This document shows positions 27,231 to 36,735 of a stretch of 64,000 nt of DNA, piece by piece. Source of the stretch: an uncultured Bacteriovoracaceae bacterium (lineage in GTDB: Bacteria; Bdellovibrionota; UBA1018); the NCBI GenBank assembly GCA_964536965.1, contig CAZIAL010000004.1:6614-70613 (forward strand), read 5' to 3'. Numbering within the stretch: position 1 is the stretch's first letter; every line of letters starts with the position of its first letter. A program made the position numbers and the translations under genes. The notes beneath the pieces were generated by a model, which made no database searches, had not been told where the DNA came from, and was given only the letters and a program-made list of their open reading frames with translations.

Positions 27231-28114
27231 AGTGGCAGAATTTTTCGACGGTCGTGCCGGGGAAGTGGGTGCTGGCGGGCGAGCACACCGTACTTCGCGG
27301 TGGACGTGCGATCGCGCTTCCGCATCCGGAGTTTAAACTCCACCTCGAGTTTCGCGCGGCGGATACGCATCTTTCGGTGGAGCCCGATCTCGGACTTCTC
27401 GTCGTTCAGGAGCTGCTGAAGCTGGCGAAGGACTGGCTCGCGGCGAGATCGCTCGATGACTGGTCGGCTCCGCGCGGAGCCCTTCGCATCACCAGTACGA
27501 TTCCTTTCGGCGCGGGCCTCGGTTCGTCGGCGGCGCTCTCGGTCGCCGTCGCGCGCTGGGTACTCTCCGCGTATGCGCTGGATCGCAATCTCGAGCGCGA
27601 GCTCGCGCGCGAACTTGAGAACCGTTTCCACGGCAAAAGTTCGGGGATGGACGTCGCGGTCGTTTCGATCGGCGAGCCGATCCTTTTTTCGATGCGCGAC
27701 GGGGCGGTCGGGCTGGGTTTGCGGGAACTGCCGTCGTTCGTCTTTTTCGATACGGGCTTACGCGCCGTGACCAAGGACTGCATCGAAAAAGTCGAAAACC
27801 TTCGGACCCGTGATCCGGTTCGGGCGGACCATCTGGACCAAGGCATGCGGCTCGCCACCGAGGAGATTCTCGAAGGTTTACGCGAATACAACGGGAGCAA
27901 GGAACCCGCCGGCGAGCGAGGAAAAGCGCGTGCGCGGATCGCGGCGGGGATGGCGCGGGCGGGGGAAATCTACCGCCACTGGGGGCTCGTCCCCGAAGAA
28001 GTCGAAGGAACGCTGGCGCGACTAAGTGCCGAGGGCGTCGTCTCGCCACGGCTGACCGGGGCCGGCGGTGGGGGCTTTATCGTGGGATTGGCTGCTGTTG
28101 CGACAGACTCCTGA
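27227..28114 (+). CDS. mvk: mevalonate kinase
   Basis: TTG start overlapping the mvaD stop (TTGA), with GGGAGG 8 nt upstream. Motifs seen: PGKWVLAGEHTVLRGGRA, PFGAGLGSSAALSVA and TGAGGGGF. Confidence 0.88.
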   Translation: MKWQNFSTVVPGKWVLAGEHTVLRGGRAIALPHPEFKLHLEFRAADTHLSVEPDLGLLVVQELLKLAKDWLAARSLDDWSAPRGALRITSTIPFGAGLGSSAALSVAVARWVLSAYALDRNLERELARELENRFHGKSSGMDVAVVSIGEPILFSMRDGAVGLGLRELPSFVFFDTGLRAVTKDCIEKVENLRTRDPVRADHLDQGMRLATEEILEGLREYNGSKEPAGERGKARARIAAGMARAGEIYRHWGLVPEEVEGTLARLSAEGVVSPRLTGAGGGGFIVGLAAVATDS

Positions 28115-28135
28115 CGGCGGCGATCGACTCTCGGG

Positions 28136-28900
28136 ATGAGTTTTAAAGCGTCGGGGCCTAGTCTCCGATGCGACAGTATGTTTGGGCGTTACACCCTTCT
28201 CTTGCTCGTGCTCGTTTCGGCTTTCCGTCCGTTATCGGCTCGTGGCGAGTTCTGTCTCGCCCTCCTCTCGCCGGTCGAGAAAGCAACGTTCACATCCGGC
28301 ACGCGAGTGACGGAGGTCCAAACCCTGACGATCGAAGGTTCGAACAGTAACGTCGACCTTGGGAAGATCTTCTACTCGATGGAAGAAGAAACTCTGATCG
28401 GAGTGTCGAACGACGGACATTTCTACATGGTCCATAGCGGTTATCGGGTCGATGCCAAGCCTTTCCGCGAGTTGCAGGTTCGGAAGACGAGTTCGATCCA
28501 GCGCGGAGCGATCCTCCGTTTCACTGACTTGTCTCCCGCCCAGCGGACTCGTCTCGACGAAGCCGTGGCCAAACTGAAATCGAAGCGCGTGGCTTCCTGT
28601 TCGGCCGGGGTCTGTAACGTCTTGTCGGAGGCAGGGGTAGACCTTCCTGGGATTGGGTCGATGTCGCGAATCTTCACTGCGGGAACATTCCAGAAACTGG
28701 TTTCAGGAGCCCTGAAGGACTTCCAAGGCAATCCTCTGAAAATCGAAATCTATCAAACCGCGCCACAAGTCCTGTCCTCGCTCAACCTGCAGCTGCGAAC
28801 CCAGGACATTATGCGTCCCATTTCCTACCTCGGGATCGTGGTCTTCATCACGATCGTCGCGGATCAAATGGGCTGGATCACTCTCCCGGTCCTCTTCTAG
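28136..28900 (+). CDS. hypothetical secreted protein with C-terminal membrane anchor
   Basis: 254 aa. Signal-like [22 protein letters not shown] and a C-terminal TM ([20 protein letters not shown]). It starts 21 nt after the mvk stop (alternative start 28178). Confidence 0.6.
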   Translation: MSFKASGPSLRCDSMFGRYTLLLLVLVSAFRPLSARGEFCLALLSPVEKATFTSGTRVTEVQTLTIEGSNSNVDLGKIFYSMEEETLIGVSNDGHFYMVHSGYRVDAKPFRELQVRKTSSIQRGAILRFTDLSPAQRTRLDEAVAKLKSKRVASCSAGVCNVLSEAGVDLPGIGSMSRIFTAGTFQKLVSGALKDFQGNPLKIEIYQTAPQVLSSLNLQLRTQDIMRPISYLGIVVFITIVADQMGWITLPVLF

Positions 28901-28962
28901 TCGGTTTTAAGCAGGGGCTTTATGTCGCGACGCGATATGGCGACGCCATTTGGCCCATTCCC

Positions 28963-28991
28963 TTGCACTCCGCATCCATCCCCCCTATAAC
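28963..28991 (+). promoter_or_regulatory. sigma-70-type promoter for rpsU operon
   Basis: TTGCAC (28963-28968), a 17-nt spacer, then TATAAC (28986-28991). It lies 52 nt upstream of the rpsU ATG. Confidence 0.55.
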
Positions 28992-29043
28992 CAGGGACCT
29001 CGGAAACATTCCGAAATCTAAAGCATTGAGGGGAGGTGACACT

Positions 29044-29238
29044 ATGCCAGGTATTATCATTCGCGACGGCGATTCTTTCGAAGCCGCCTTGAAGAAATTC
29101 AAGAAGAACTGCGAAAAAGCCGGCACTCTCGCAGAAGTTCGCAAACGCGAAGCCTACGAGAAACCTTCCGTGAAGAAAAAGAAGAAGGCCATCGCCGCCC
29201 GCAAGCGTCTTTCGAAAAAAGGACGTCATCGCGGGTAA
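29044..29238 (+). CDS. rpsU: 30S ribosomal protein S21
   Basis: [48 protein letters not shown], with GAGGGGAGG upstream. Confidence 0.95.
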   Translation: MPGIIIRDGDSFEAALKKFKKNCEKAGTLAEVRKREAYEKPSVKKKKKAIAARKRLSKKGRHRG

Positions 29239-29253
29239 TTCCGTTTTCTCGAG

Positions 29254-29298
29254 GGGAAGCTTGCGGCCATTCGCCGGAGGCTTCCCTTCTTTATTTTT
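29254..29298 (+). terminator. rho-independent terminator/attenuator after rpsU
   Basis: GGGAAGC (29254-29260) pairs with GCTTCCC (29280-29286) and is followed by TTCTTTATTTTT. Confidence 0.6.
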
Positions 29299-29341
29299 CC
29301 GACGTCCATTCTCCGACCTGCATCCGAAGGAGCGCCCTTTC

Positions 29342-29788
29342 ATGAGCATCAAAGCGAAACTTTCCGAAATGATGAAAGCCACGATGAAGTCCGGGGACAA
29401 GGAAACCCTGCTTTATGTGCGGAACCTGCACGCCGCCGTCCGCAAGAAAGAGATCGATGACCGCGTCGATCTCGACGACGCCGGAATCCAGAAAATCATC
29501 GGCACGATCATGAAACAGCGCCTCGACTCGATCGAGCAGTTCCGCAACGGGGGACGCGAAGACCTCGCCGTGAAGGAAGAAGCGGAAGCCAAGTTCCTGA
29601 AACAGTTTCTTCCCGAGCAGCTTTCGGAAGACGAAGTGAAAAAGATCGTCGACTGGGCCGTCACCGAATCCGGCGCCGCCTCCGCGAAGGAGATGGGAAA
29701 AGTCATGGCGCTGCTCATGCCGAAAGTCCAGGGCAAGGCCGATGGAAAACTCGTGAATACGCTCGTGAAGGCTCGCCTCGGCGGATAG
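29342..29788 (+). CDS. yqeY: GatB/YqeY domain protein
   Basis: ATG at 29342. Sequence seen: MSIKAKLSEMMKATMKSGDKETLLYVRNLHAAVRKKEID...LPEQLSEDEVKKIV...GKVMALLMPKVQGKADGKLVN. Confidence 0.88.
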   Translation: MSIKAKLSEMMKATMKSGDKETLLYVRNLHAAVRKKEIDDRVDLDDAGIQKIIGTIMKQRLDSIEQFRNGGREDLAVKEEAEAKFLKQFLPEQLSEDEVKKIVDWAVTESGAASAKEMGKVMALLMPKVQGKADGKLVNTLVKARLGG

Positions 29789-29832
29789 GTCTTTCGTTCG
29801 GCAGTCAACGGTAGCGCGGGTACTGAACAGAA

Positions 29833-31884
29833 GTGAGTAAAGGTCGGATTTCCCCCGAGTTCATCCAGAAAATAAAGGACGCGGTGAATATCATCGACGT
29901 CGTCGGTGAGCACGTCGTTCTGCGGAAATCCGGGTCGAACCACTCCGGTCTATGTCCTTTCCATAACGAACGCTCTCCTTCCTTTTCGGTCAGCGAAGGG
30001 AAGCAGCTCTTCCATTGCTACGGCTGCAAAAAAGGCGGAGACCTCGTCGAGTTCACGAAGGAAATCCACGGGCTTTCCTTCGCGGAAGCGGTCGAAGAAC
30101 TCGCCGAACGCGCGAGCCTCGCGCTGCCGAAAGATTTCGCGCGCCCCGAGGACGCCGATCCGGAAGCGGCGAAGCGCCGGGACGCCGCGCGCGAGAAAAC
30201 GGCGACGGCGTATAAGCTGAACCGTTTCGCCGCGAAGTTTTTTCGCGACCAGCTCGCGGCGGGGGCGACTCCGGGAAGCCCGAACGCGCATATCGCCGAA
30301 TATTTCCGAAAGCGCGGAGTGAGCGCCGCGCTTTCGCAGGCTTTCTATCTCGGCGCCGCGCCGGCCGCTTGGGACGCGCTCGCGCGTTTCTTCGTGAACG
30401 CGAAGGCGCCGCTTCCGCTCGCTTCCGAACTGGGCTTGATCAAGCCTTCGCAGAAAGACAGCGCGAAAGCGGGTGGGCCCGGCTACTTCGATCTCTTCCG
30501 AAACCGCGCGATGTTCCCGATCCTCGATCTGCGGGGAAAAGTGGTCGGATTCGGCGGACGTGGACTTCCGAACCCGAAGAACGCTCCCGATGTGGGCGGA
30601 GATTCGCCGAAGTACCTGAACTCCTCCGAATCGCTGCTCTTTCTGAAGTCGAAGCTCGCCTACGGGATGTTCCAGGCCCAGAAGCATATCCGCGAAAAAG
30701 ACGAAGTGATCCTGGTCGAAGGGTACTTCGACGTGCTCGCCCTCCATGCGGCCGGTTTCCAGAACGTGGTCGCGACCTGCGGAACCTCGCTGACCGAGGA
30801 TCACCTCGCGCTCTTTAAAAAATTCTGCACGAAAGTGACGGTGCTCTTCGACGGGGATCGGGCCGGCATCACCGCCACGGATCGCGCGATGGAACTCGGG
30901 CTGCGGCTCGGAACGATTCTTTACGGAGCGAGCCTTCCGGCGGGCCTCGACCCGGACGAAATCCTTTTCGATCAGCAGACGGGCTCTCTCCTTCCGGAGG
31001 GGACCGAACGGATGCAGGCCATTCTCGCGAAATCGGCGCCGCTTTTCGATACGCGGATCGAATCGGCGCGGGTTTTCTCGCTGAAGGGGACCGAAGAACG
31101 AACCCAGGCGGTCAAGCAGCTCGCCGAGTGGCTTTCCATGTACCGAGATCCGGTCGGCCGCGAGATGCGAATCGAAAAGGTCGTCGCGGATTTCGGCATT
31201 TCGCGTGCACTCCTCCAGACGGCGATGGATGGCGTGAAGCCGGTCCGCGGTGCGCCTCCCGTCGTAAAGGGCCCGCCTTTGGCGGCGAAAATCGCTCCGG
31301 CGCGCGGTCCACAGCCGAATCCCGCCGGAAACGCTCCGGCAAAACCGAAGAAAGCACCGAGTCAAAAAGCGTCACTGAAAGAGGTCATTTTGGTCCGCGG
31401 ACTCCTGCGCGGAGGCAATTTTAGGGCGATGCTCGAAGAGGCGCGCGCCTATCTTCCGATCGGTGCGGGGATCTCCGAGCTCGCCGATCATCCGAGCGTG
31501 CGAGCCGCCCTCAGTGCGATTCTCGATCAGGGCGTGAGCCCAGAATCGTTTATAGACTCCGTCGTCCTCGATCCACTGGCCGCTGGCGCCGCGGAACCCG
31601 GCAGTCCACTCTATGGATTCGCTCCCGAAGTTCGTACTCTGCTCTCCGAAAGTCTGATCGGAACGGACGCGCCGGGCACTGCGCCGTTTACCGAAGGTGA
31701 GTTTCGCGTCGCGGTTCAGCGCGGACTCTATCAGTCTTGGGCACGGTTCTCGCAAGACCTTAAGCTGCGTCTTCGAGACGCAGAACTGAAGAAAGACGAG
31801 GACTTACGGTCGCGTTTGGCCCAGGAATTCCTTGACGTCAAACGGAGAATGAAGGAGTTTGAGGCATTCTATGACGAAGTCTAA
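29833..31884 (+). CDS. dnaG: DNA primase
   Basis: GTG start. Zinc finger [13 protein letters not shown]...[11 protein letters not shown], and TOPRIM motifs LVEGYFDV and FDGDRAG. Confidence 0.95.
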   Translation: MSKGRISPEFIQKIKDAVNIIDVVGEHVVLRKSGSNHSGLCPFHNERSPSFSVSEGKQLFHCYGCKKGGDLVEFTKEIHGLSFAEAVEELAERASLALPKDFARPEDADPEAAKRRDAAREKTATAYKLNRFAAKFFRDQLAAGATPGSPNAHIAEYFRKRGVSAALSQAFYLGAAPAAWDALARFFVNAKAPLPLASELGLIKPSQKDSAKAGGPGYFDLFRNRAMFPILDLRGKVVGFGGRGLPNPKNAPDVGGDSPKYLNSSESLLFLKSKLAYGMFQAQKHIREKDEVILVEGYFDVLALHAAGFQNVVATCGTSLTEDHLALFKKFCTKVTVLFDGDRAGITATDRAMELGLRLGTILYGASLPAGLDPDEILFDQQTGSLLPEGTERMQAILAKSAPLFDTRIESARVFSLKGTEERTQAVKQLAEWLSMYRDPVGREMRIEKVVADFGISRALLQTAMDGVKPVRGAPPVVKGPPLAAKIAPARGPQPNPAGNAPAKPKKAPSQKASLKEVILVRGLLRGGNFRAMLEEARAYLPIGAGISELADHPSVRAALSAILDQGVSPESFIDSVVLDPLAAGAAEPGSPLYGFAPEVRTLLSESLIGTDAPGTAPFTEGEFRVAVQRGLYQSWARFSQDLKLRLRDAELKKDEDLRSRLAQEFLDVKRRMKEFEAFYDEV

Positions 31885-33856
31885 AAACGCTTCTTCCGCG
31901 GCCACTGGCGCGGGCAAACCCGACTCTTCCACTGACAAAAAATCTGGGAAGGCGGCCGGGAAAAAACTCGACCCCACAAATGAAAAAAATATCGAGCAGG
32001 CGCTCGAGCAGGACCTCGCGCGCGTTCACGAACTCGTGAATGAAGGCCAGCCTCTGCTCGCGTCGGGCGGCGAAAGCGCCTTCGCGAAAAACAAAGACAT
32101 TAAAAAGCTTCTCGATATGGGAGTCCAGCGCGGCTACCTGACCTACGAAGAAGTGAACGAAATGCTGCCGCCGGAGATCACGCAGCCGGCGCAGATCGAC
32201 GAGATCATGAATCTCCTCGCCGAGAGCGACATCGAAGTCATCGACTCGATTCGTAAAGCGCGCGACGGCGACGAAGAAGAAGGCGATGCGACCGGACCGG
32301 GCCCCGCGAAATCCGATGACGACGACGATGAGCCGGCGCCGGCCGCGACCGCGGAACTCGCGCGCGGCGCGGATCCCGTTAAGCTTTACTTGAAAAAAAT
32401 GGGTTCGGTTTCGCTCCTGACCCGCGAAGGCGAAGTCGAAATCGCGAAGCGCATCGAAGCGGGCGAGATCGAAATTCTTCGCGCGCTTCTGGCGTCGAAG
32501 CTCGGAACGCTCGCGATCGTGGAGCTCGGCGAGCGCCTCGAGAGCGGCCGGACCAAAGTGAAAGATGTGATTCGCGGCGTGGACGAAGAAGTCTCCGCGG
32601 ACGACGAAAAAGTTTATATGGAGAAGGTTCTCTCCGCGATCACGAAGGTGAAATCGTTCGTCGCGTACCAGGAGAAGAACGCCGAGAAACTTTTCGGACC
32701 GGAAGGGCGCAAGCTCCCCGCCGAAGAAAAGAAGAAGCTCCAGGCGGAGGTGCAGAAACGCGAACGCCAGGTCGAAACCGCTTTCGAGTCCATCGCCTTC
32801 AACCGCAAGACGATCAACGTCCTGTCGATTAAAGTGAAGGAATACTCCGAGCGCTCGGCCGAGTACCTGATCGATCGTAAGAAGGTCTTCGATTACCTCG
32901 TCATCAAAGAGGAAAAAGAATTCAAGGAACTCGTGAAAGAGTTCAAAAAAGGCGGCGAAACGATTCCGGCCCTCTGCCGGAAGTACGACGTCGTCGAGTC
33001 GAAACTCCAGCAGCTCCTCCAGCAGGAAGAAGAAGTTTCGAAGAAGATCGAGAAGCTCGAAGAAGAATCCGGCATCGACATCATCGAACTCCGCCGGATC
33101 AACGACTCGCTGGCCGTCGGCGAACGCAAAGCCGACCAGGCGAAGTCGGAACTCGTCGAAGCCAACCTTCGTCTCGTGGTTTCGATCGCGAAGAAGTACA
33201 CGAACCGCGGTCTCCAATTCTTGGATCTGATCCAGGAAGGGAATATCGGTCTGATGAAGGCCGTCGATAAGTTCGAATACCGTCGCGGTTACAAGTTCTC
33301 GACCTACGCGACGTGGTGGATTCGCCAAGCGATCACCCGCGCGATCGCCGACCAGGCGCGTACGATCCGCATCCCGGTGCACATGATCGAAACGATCAAC
33401 AAGCTGATCCGTACCTCCCGCCTCCTCGTCCAGCAGCTCGGCCGCGAGCCGACGCCGGAAGAGATCGCCGTGAAGATGGAGCTTCCGGTCGACAAGGTCC
33501 GCAAGGTGCTGAAGATCGCGAAAGAGCCGATCTCCCTCGAAACGCCGATCGGCGAAGAGGAAGATTCGTATCTGGGCGATTTCATCGAGGACAAGAAGAT
33601 CATCAACCCGGCCGAAGCCGTGATGAACATCAACCTCTCGGAACAAACGCGGAAGGTCCTCGCGACCCTCACCCCGCGCGAAGAGAAAGTTCTCCGGATG
33701 CGTTTCGGGATCGGCGAGAAGTCCGACCATACGCTCGAGGAGGTCGGCCAAGACTTCTTCGTCACGCGGGAACGGATTCGTCAGATCGAAGCGAAGGCGC
33801 TGCGGAAGCTCCGTCACCCTTCGCGCGCGAAACTCCTGAAGGCGTTCGTCGATTAG
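31871..33856 (+). CDS. rpoD: RNA polymerase sigma-70 factor RpoD
   Basis: The ATG at 31871 overlaps the dnaG end by 14 nt. Motifs seen: region 2 [30 protein letters not shown] and region 4 [30 protein letters not shown]. Confidence 0.95.
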   Translation: MTKSKNASSAATGAGKPDSSTDKKSGKAAGKKLDPTNEKNIEQALEQDLARVHELVNEGQPLLASGGESAFAKNKDIKKLLDMGVQRGYLTYEEVNEMLPPEITQPAQIDEIMNLLAESDIEVIDSIRKARDGDEEEGDATGPGPAKSDDDDDEPAPAATAELARGADPVKLYLKKMGSVSLLTREGEVEIAKRIEAGEIEILRALLASKLGTLAIVELGERLESGRTKVKDVIRGVDEEVSADDEKVYMEKVLSAITKVKSFVAYQEKNAEKLFGPEGRKLPAEEKKKLQAEVQKRERQVETAFESIAFNRKTINVLSIKVKEYSERSAEYLIDRKKVFDYLVIKEEKEFKELVKEFKKGGETIPALCRKYDVVESKLQQLLQQEEEVSKKIEKLEEESGIDIIELRRINDSLAVGERKADQAKSELVEANLRLVVSIAKKYTNRGLQFLDLIQEGNIGLMKAVDKFEYRRGYKFSTYATWWIRQAITRAIADQARTIRIPVHMIETINKLIRTSRLLVQQLGREPTPEEIAVKMELPVDKVRKVLKIAKEPISLETPIGEEEDSYLGDFIEDKKIINPAEAVMNINLSEQTRKVLATLTPREEKVLRMRFGIGEKSDHTLEEVGQDFFVTRERIRQIEAKALRKLRHPSRAKLLKAFVD

Positions 33857-33868
33857 GGGACGGAACGT

Positions 33869-33907
33869 CAGCCCTAAAGGGCTGCTTGCCGGCCGGATGC
33901 CGGCAAG
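33869..33907 (+). terminator. two tandem GC-rich hairpins after rpoD (no U-tract)
   Basis: Hairpin 1: CAGCCC-taaa-GGGCTG (33869-33884). Hairpin 2: CTTGCCGGC-cggat-GCCGGCAAG (33885-33907). Confidence 0.45.
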
Positions 33908-33923
33908 CGTGAGTACCTGAATC

Positions 33924-35147
33924 GTGGAAATGACCAAATTTAGAAATAGGATGCAGGGAGTTCTTCCATCGGAAGAACTCCCTTCGTTTTTCGAGGCGCT
34001 GGAGGCGATGGGAATGCGGCCCCGAAAATCGATCCGGATTCGCCGTGACCTTGCCCCCGATTCCACCTGGGACCCGACGGCCATTCGCGAAGCGGGAATT
34101 CCCCTCGGCGAGCCGGTGCCCTGGTACGACCGCGGATTTTTCTTCGACCTGAAGCAAATGAGTCCGCATCCGTCGCGCCATCCCTGGATCGCCGCGGGCC
34201 TGGGGTTTATCCAGGAGGCTGGCGCCATGGAAGTGGTGCCCGCACTCGAAGTGGAGCCGGATCATCTCGTGCTCGATCTCTGTTCCGCGCCGGGCGCGAA
34301 GGCGAGCCATATCGGCGAATACCTGGGGACAGGGGGATGGCTCGTGGCGAATGAACCTTCGCGGGATCGCGCCAAGTTGCTCGATGCGATTCTGGCTCGC
34401 CATGGAATCGGAAACTCCACGGTGCTGAATCTGGAGCCGCGGGATCTCGTGCGATCTTTCCGTGAGCTCTTCGATCGGATTCTGGTCGATGCTCCCTGCA
34501 GTGGCGAGAGTCTGTTTGCGAAACGCGAGGAGCGGCGGAAGGACGTTTCCGACAAGGAGGTCGAACGCTGTGCGCTTCGGCAGAACGCGATCCTCGAGTC
34601 GGCCCATGCGCTCTGTGCCCCGGGGGGGCGGATCGTCTATTCGACCTGCGCTTATTCGCGAAGTGAGAACGAAGAAGTAATCGAAACGATGCGTGAGCGG
34701 CATCCCGATCTCCGGCTTCTCCGGGAACAGCGTCGTTTTCCGCACCGAGACGGGGTGCCGGGAGGATATTTCGCGGTGCTGGAAAAGGCGGGAGCGCCTT
34801 CCGCAGCTGCCGATCGTATCGCGACGCTCCGCGAGAGCATTCGGGGGCTCGGAACGCGGGGACTGGTCCGAAATGGGCTAAAAAAGTGGGACGGGAGCAT
34901 CGATGGATATGCCGTCGTCATGGACCGGAAGACGACGGAAGCCTCCGCCGACTCGCGAATGAGCCGACTTTTTCCCGGGATTCGCGGGGAGTTTTTCGAA
35001 CTCGGAATGGAAGAGGCCGCGCGATTCCTCGGGGGAGAGCGGCGTGCGAAAGTCGCGCGCGGAGTTTTCGCGATTTATCGGTGGGGCGGCGAAATCTTCG
35101 CCGCCGAAACGGATGCGACACTTTTCTATCCGCGGCATCGCCTCTAA
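33924..35147 (+). CDS. RsmB/RsmF-family rRNA cytosine-C5 methyltransferase
   Basis: Motifs seen: VLDLCSAPGAKASH, ILVDAPCSGESLF and RIVYSTCAYSRSENEEV. The start is uncertain (GTG 33924 or ATG 33930). Confidence 0.85.
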   Translation: MEMTKFRNRMQGVLPSEELPSFFEALEAMGMRPRKSIRIRRDLAPDSTWDPTAIREAGIPLGEPVPWYDRGFFFDLKQMSPHPSRHPWIAAGLGFIQEAGAMEVVPALEVEPDHLVLDLCSAPGAKASHIGEYLGTGGWLVANEPSRDRAKLLDAILARHGIGNSTVLNLEPRDLVRSFRELFDRILVDAPCSGESLFAKREERRKDVSDKEVERCALRQNAILESAHALCAPGGRIVYSTCAYSRSENEEVIETMRERHPDLRLLREQRRFPHRDGVPGGYFAVLEKAGAPSAAADRIATLRESIRGLGTRGLVRNGLKKWDGSIDGYAVVMDRKTTEASADSRMSRLFPGIRGEFFELGMEEAARFLGGERRAKVARGVFAIYRWGGEIFAAETDATLFYPRHRL

Positions 35148-35208
35148 CCGATGATTTTTTGACGCTTTTTGCTTGTCTAAACGGTGCCTTCCTCGACAAG
35201 ATCGCCTC

Positions 35209-36537
35209 ATGCAAATGAATGCGCGTTGGGTACAGGGGAGTACTGTCGGTGGGATGTGCGGAATTGCGCTCGGGCTAGGCATGGCGATTTTCGCCGCTCC
35301 GAGTTTCGCCGAAGATGAGATCGGAGTGCAAAACACGGGGAAGAGTCGAAACTCCGTGCGATCTCTCCCCGCTCGCCGGGCGACGGTTCCTCGTCCGATT
35401 CGGCCGGCGCCGCGCCGAGGACAGGAGCAGGCCGTCGATCTAGGTGCCTTGTCTTCTTCCACTGCTTCCACGCCCGCCGCGACTTCTTCCGCGAAGATGG
35501 GCGGACTGAGTCCACACGGGACCAGCAGCGTGATGCCGAACTTTAAGTTCTACTTCGACTTCCTGGCCAAGAGCTGGAAAGGGGATCCAACCCGGAGCTC
35601 CTTCGACTTCGACAGCTATCACCAGCGGATGCTCGTGGAGTTCACCCCGACGCCGGAACTGATGTTTCAAGCCGATATCTCCGCTTGGCAAACCCCGGAG
35701 TATTTCGAGGTCGACTATCAGCTGACCAAGCGCCTCCAGCTTCGTTGGGGCAAAATCTGGATTCCTTTCGATGATATGTCGCCGCACTCGATTTTCGGCG
35801 GACGGATCAACACGAGCGAATTTTTCCAAGGAAACGAAACCGCATTTTTGCCGAGCATCTGGGCGGACGCGGGGATGGGCGTGAAATACGACCTCGCCGA
35901 TTCACCTTCGTTCGCGTCGGTACTGCATTTCTATGTCGTCAACGGTTTCGGCAGTAATACGAACTCTCCCGTTTCCGGAGAAAACGGCGTCGTCGAATAT
36001 CCTGACTTCGGATCCACTTCCCGTTTCAGCACCACCGGCGCCACGGACAATAACAATAACAAGGCGATCGGCGCCCGTTGGCAAAGTAAGCTCGGACGTC
36101 GTTTCTCGATCGGCGGTTCGGTTTACAACGGCGCCTATACGAACAAAACCGCGGTAAAATCCCAGTCCATCACGATGCTCGGCGGAGACGCGCAACTTCG
36201 ACCTTCGAATACGACGGAAATTCGCGTCGGGATCGTCTCGATGAAGGTCGGGTTGAACGCTCCGGCGACGAAAGAGAGCTTCACCCGCGCGGCGAGCTAC
36301 GTCGAACTCGGTCAGCGATTCGGGCAAGACGATCGCTGGAAGTTCTTGGTTCGCGCGGGAAAAGCGCAGAACGATAACCGAGTGGTGGATGTGTCGGATA
36401 AGACCCTCGTCGGAACGACTTTGCTTCGCAGCTTCGGAAATATCGAAGCGCAGTTCACGTTTTACAAAGACATGAACAAGGTGCCGACGAAGATCGCTTA
36501 CAATTACGGGCATTTCCGACTCGTAACGGCGTTTTAG
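35209..36537 (+). CDS. putative outer-membrane beta-barrel protein
   Basis: Signal MQMNARWVQGSTVGGMCGIALGLGMAIFAAPSFA, alternating beta-strand-like sequence, and a terminal ...FRLVTAF (aromatic C-terminus). Confidence 0.65.
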   Translation: MQMNARWVQGSTVGGMCGIALGLGMAIFAAPSFAEDEIGVQNTGKSRNSVRSLPARRATVPRPIRPAPRRGQEQAVDLGALSSSTASTPAATSSAKMGGLSPHGTSSVMPNFKFYFDFLAKSWKGDPTRSSFDFDSYHQRMLVEFTPTPELMFQADISAWQTPEYFEVDYQLTKRLQLRWGKIWIPFDDMSPHSIFGGRINTSEFFQGNETAFLPSIWADAGMGVKYDLADSPSFASVLHFYVVNGFGSNTNSPVSGENGVVEYPDFGSTSRFSTTGATDNNNNKAIGARWQSKLGRRFSIGGSVYNGAYTNKTAVKSQSITMLGGDAQLRPSNTTEIRVGIVSMKVGLNAPATKESFTRAASYVELGQRFGQDDRWKFLVRAGKAQNDNRVVDVSDKTLVGTTLLRSFGNIEAQFTFYKDMNKVPTKIAYNYGHFRLVTAF

Positions 36538-36735
36538 GCTTCGGTCGCCGACACAGGTTCCGCGACCATAATATAGAGGCATCATTCCACGCGCGGGGGG
36601 TGGCCCTGTCTACGGTTTTGACAGGTGGTTAAAAGGGGTGCATTTTTTTATTGTAATACCTGACTAGAATGGTAAATTATTAAGAAGTCGCTGTACGTAT
36701 GTTGTGGGGAAATTGGGGAATCACGGGGGTGTTTC

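Noticed and set aside
36618-36623. A perfect -35 hexamer, TTGACA, in the leader of the CxxCH cluster.
   Set aside because: No acceptable -10 hexamer lies 16-18 nt downstream (CATTTT/ATTTTT), so I did not call a promoter.
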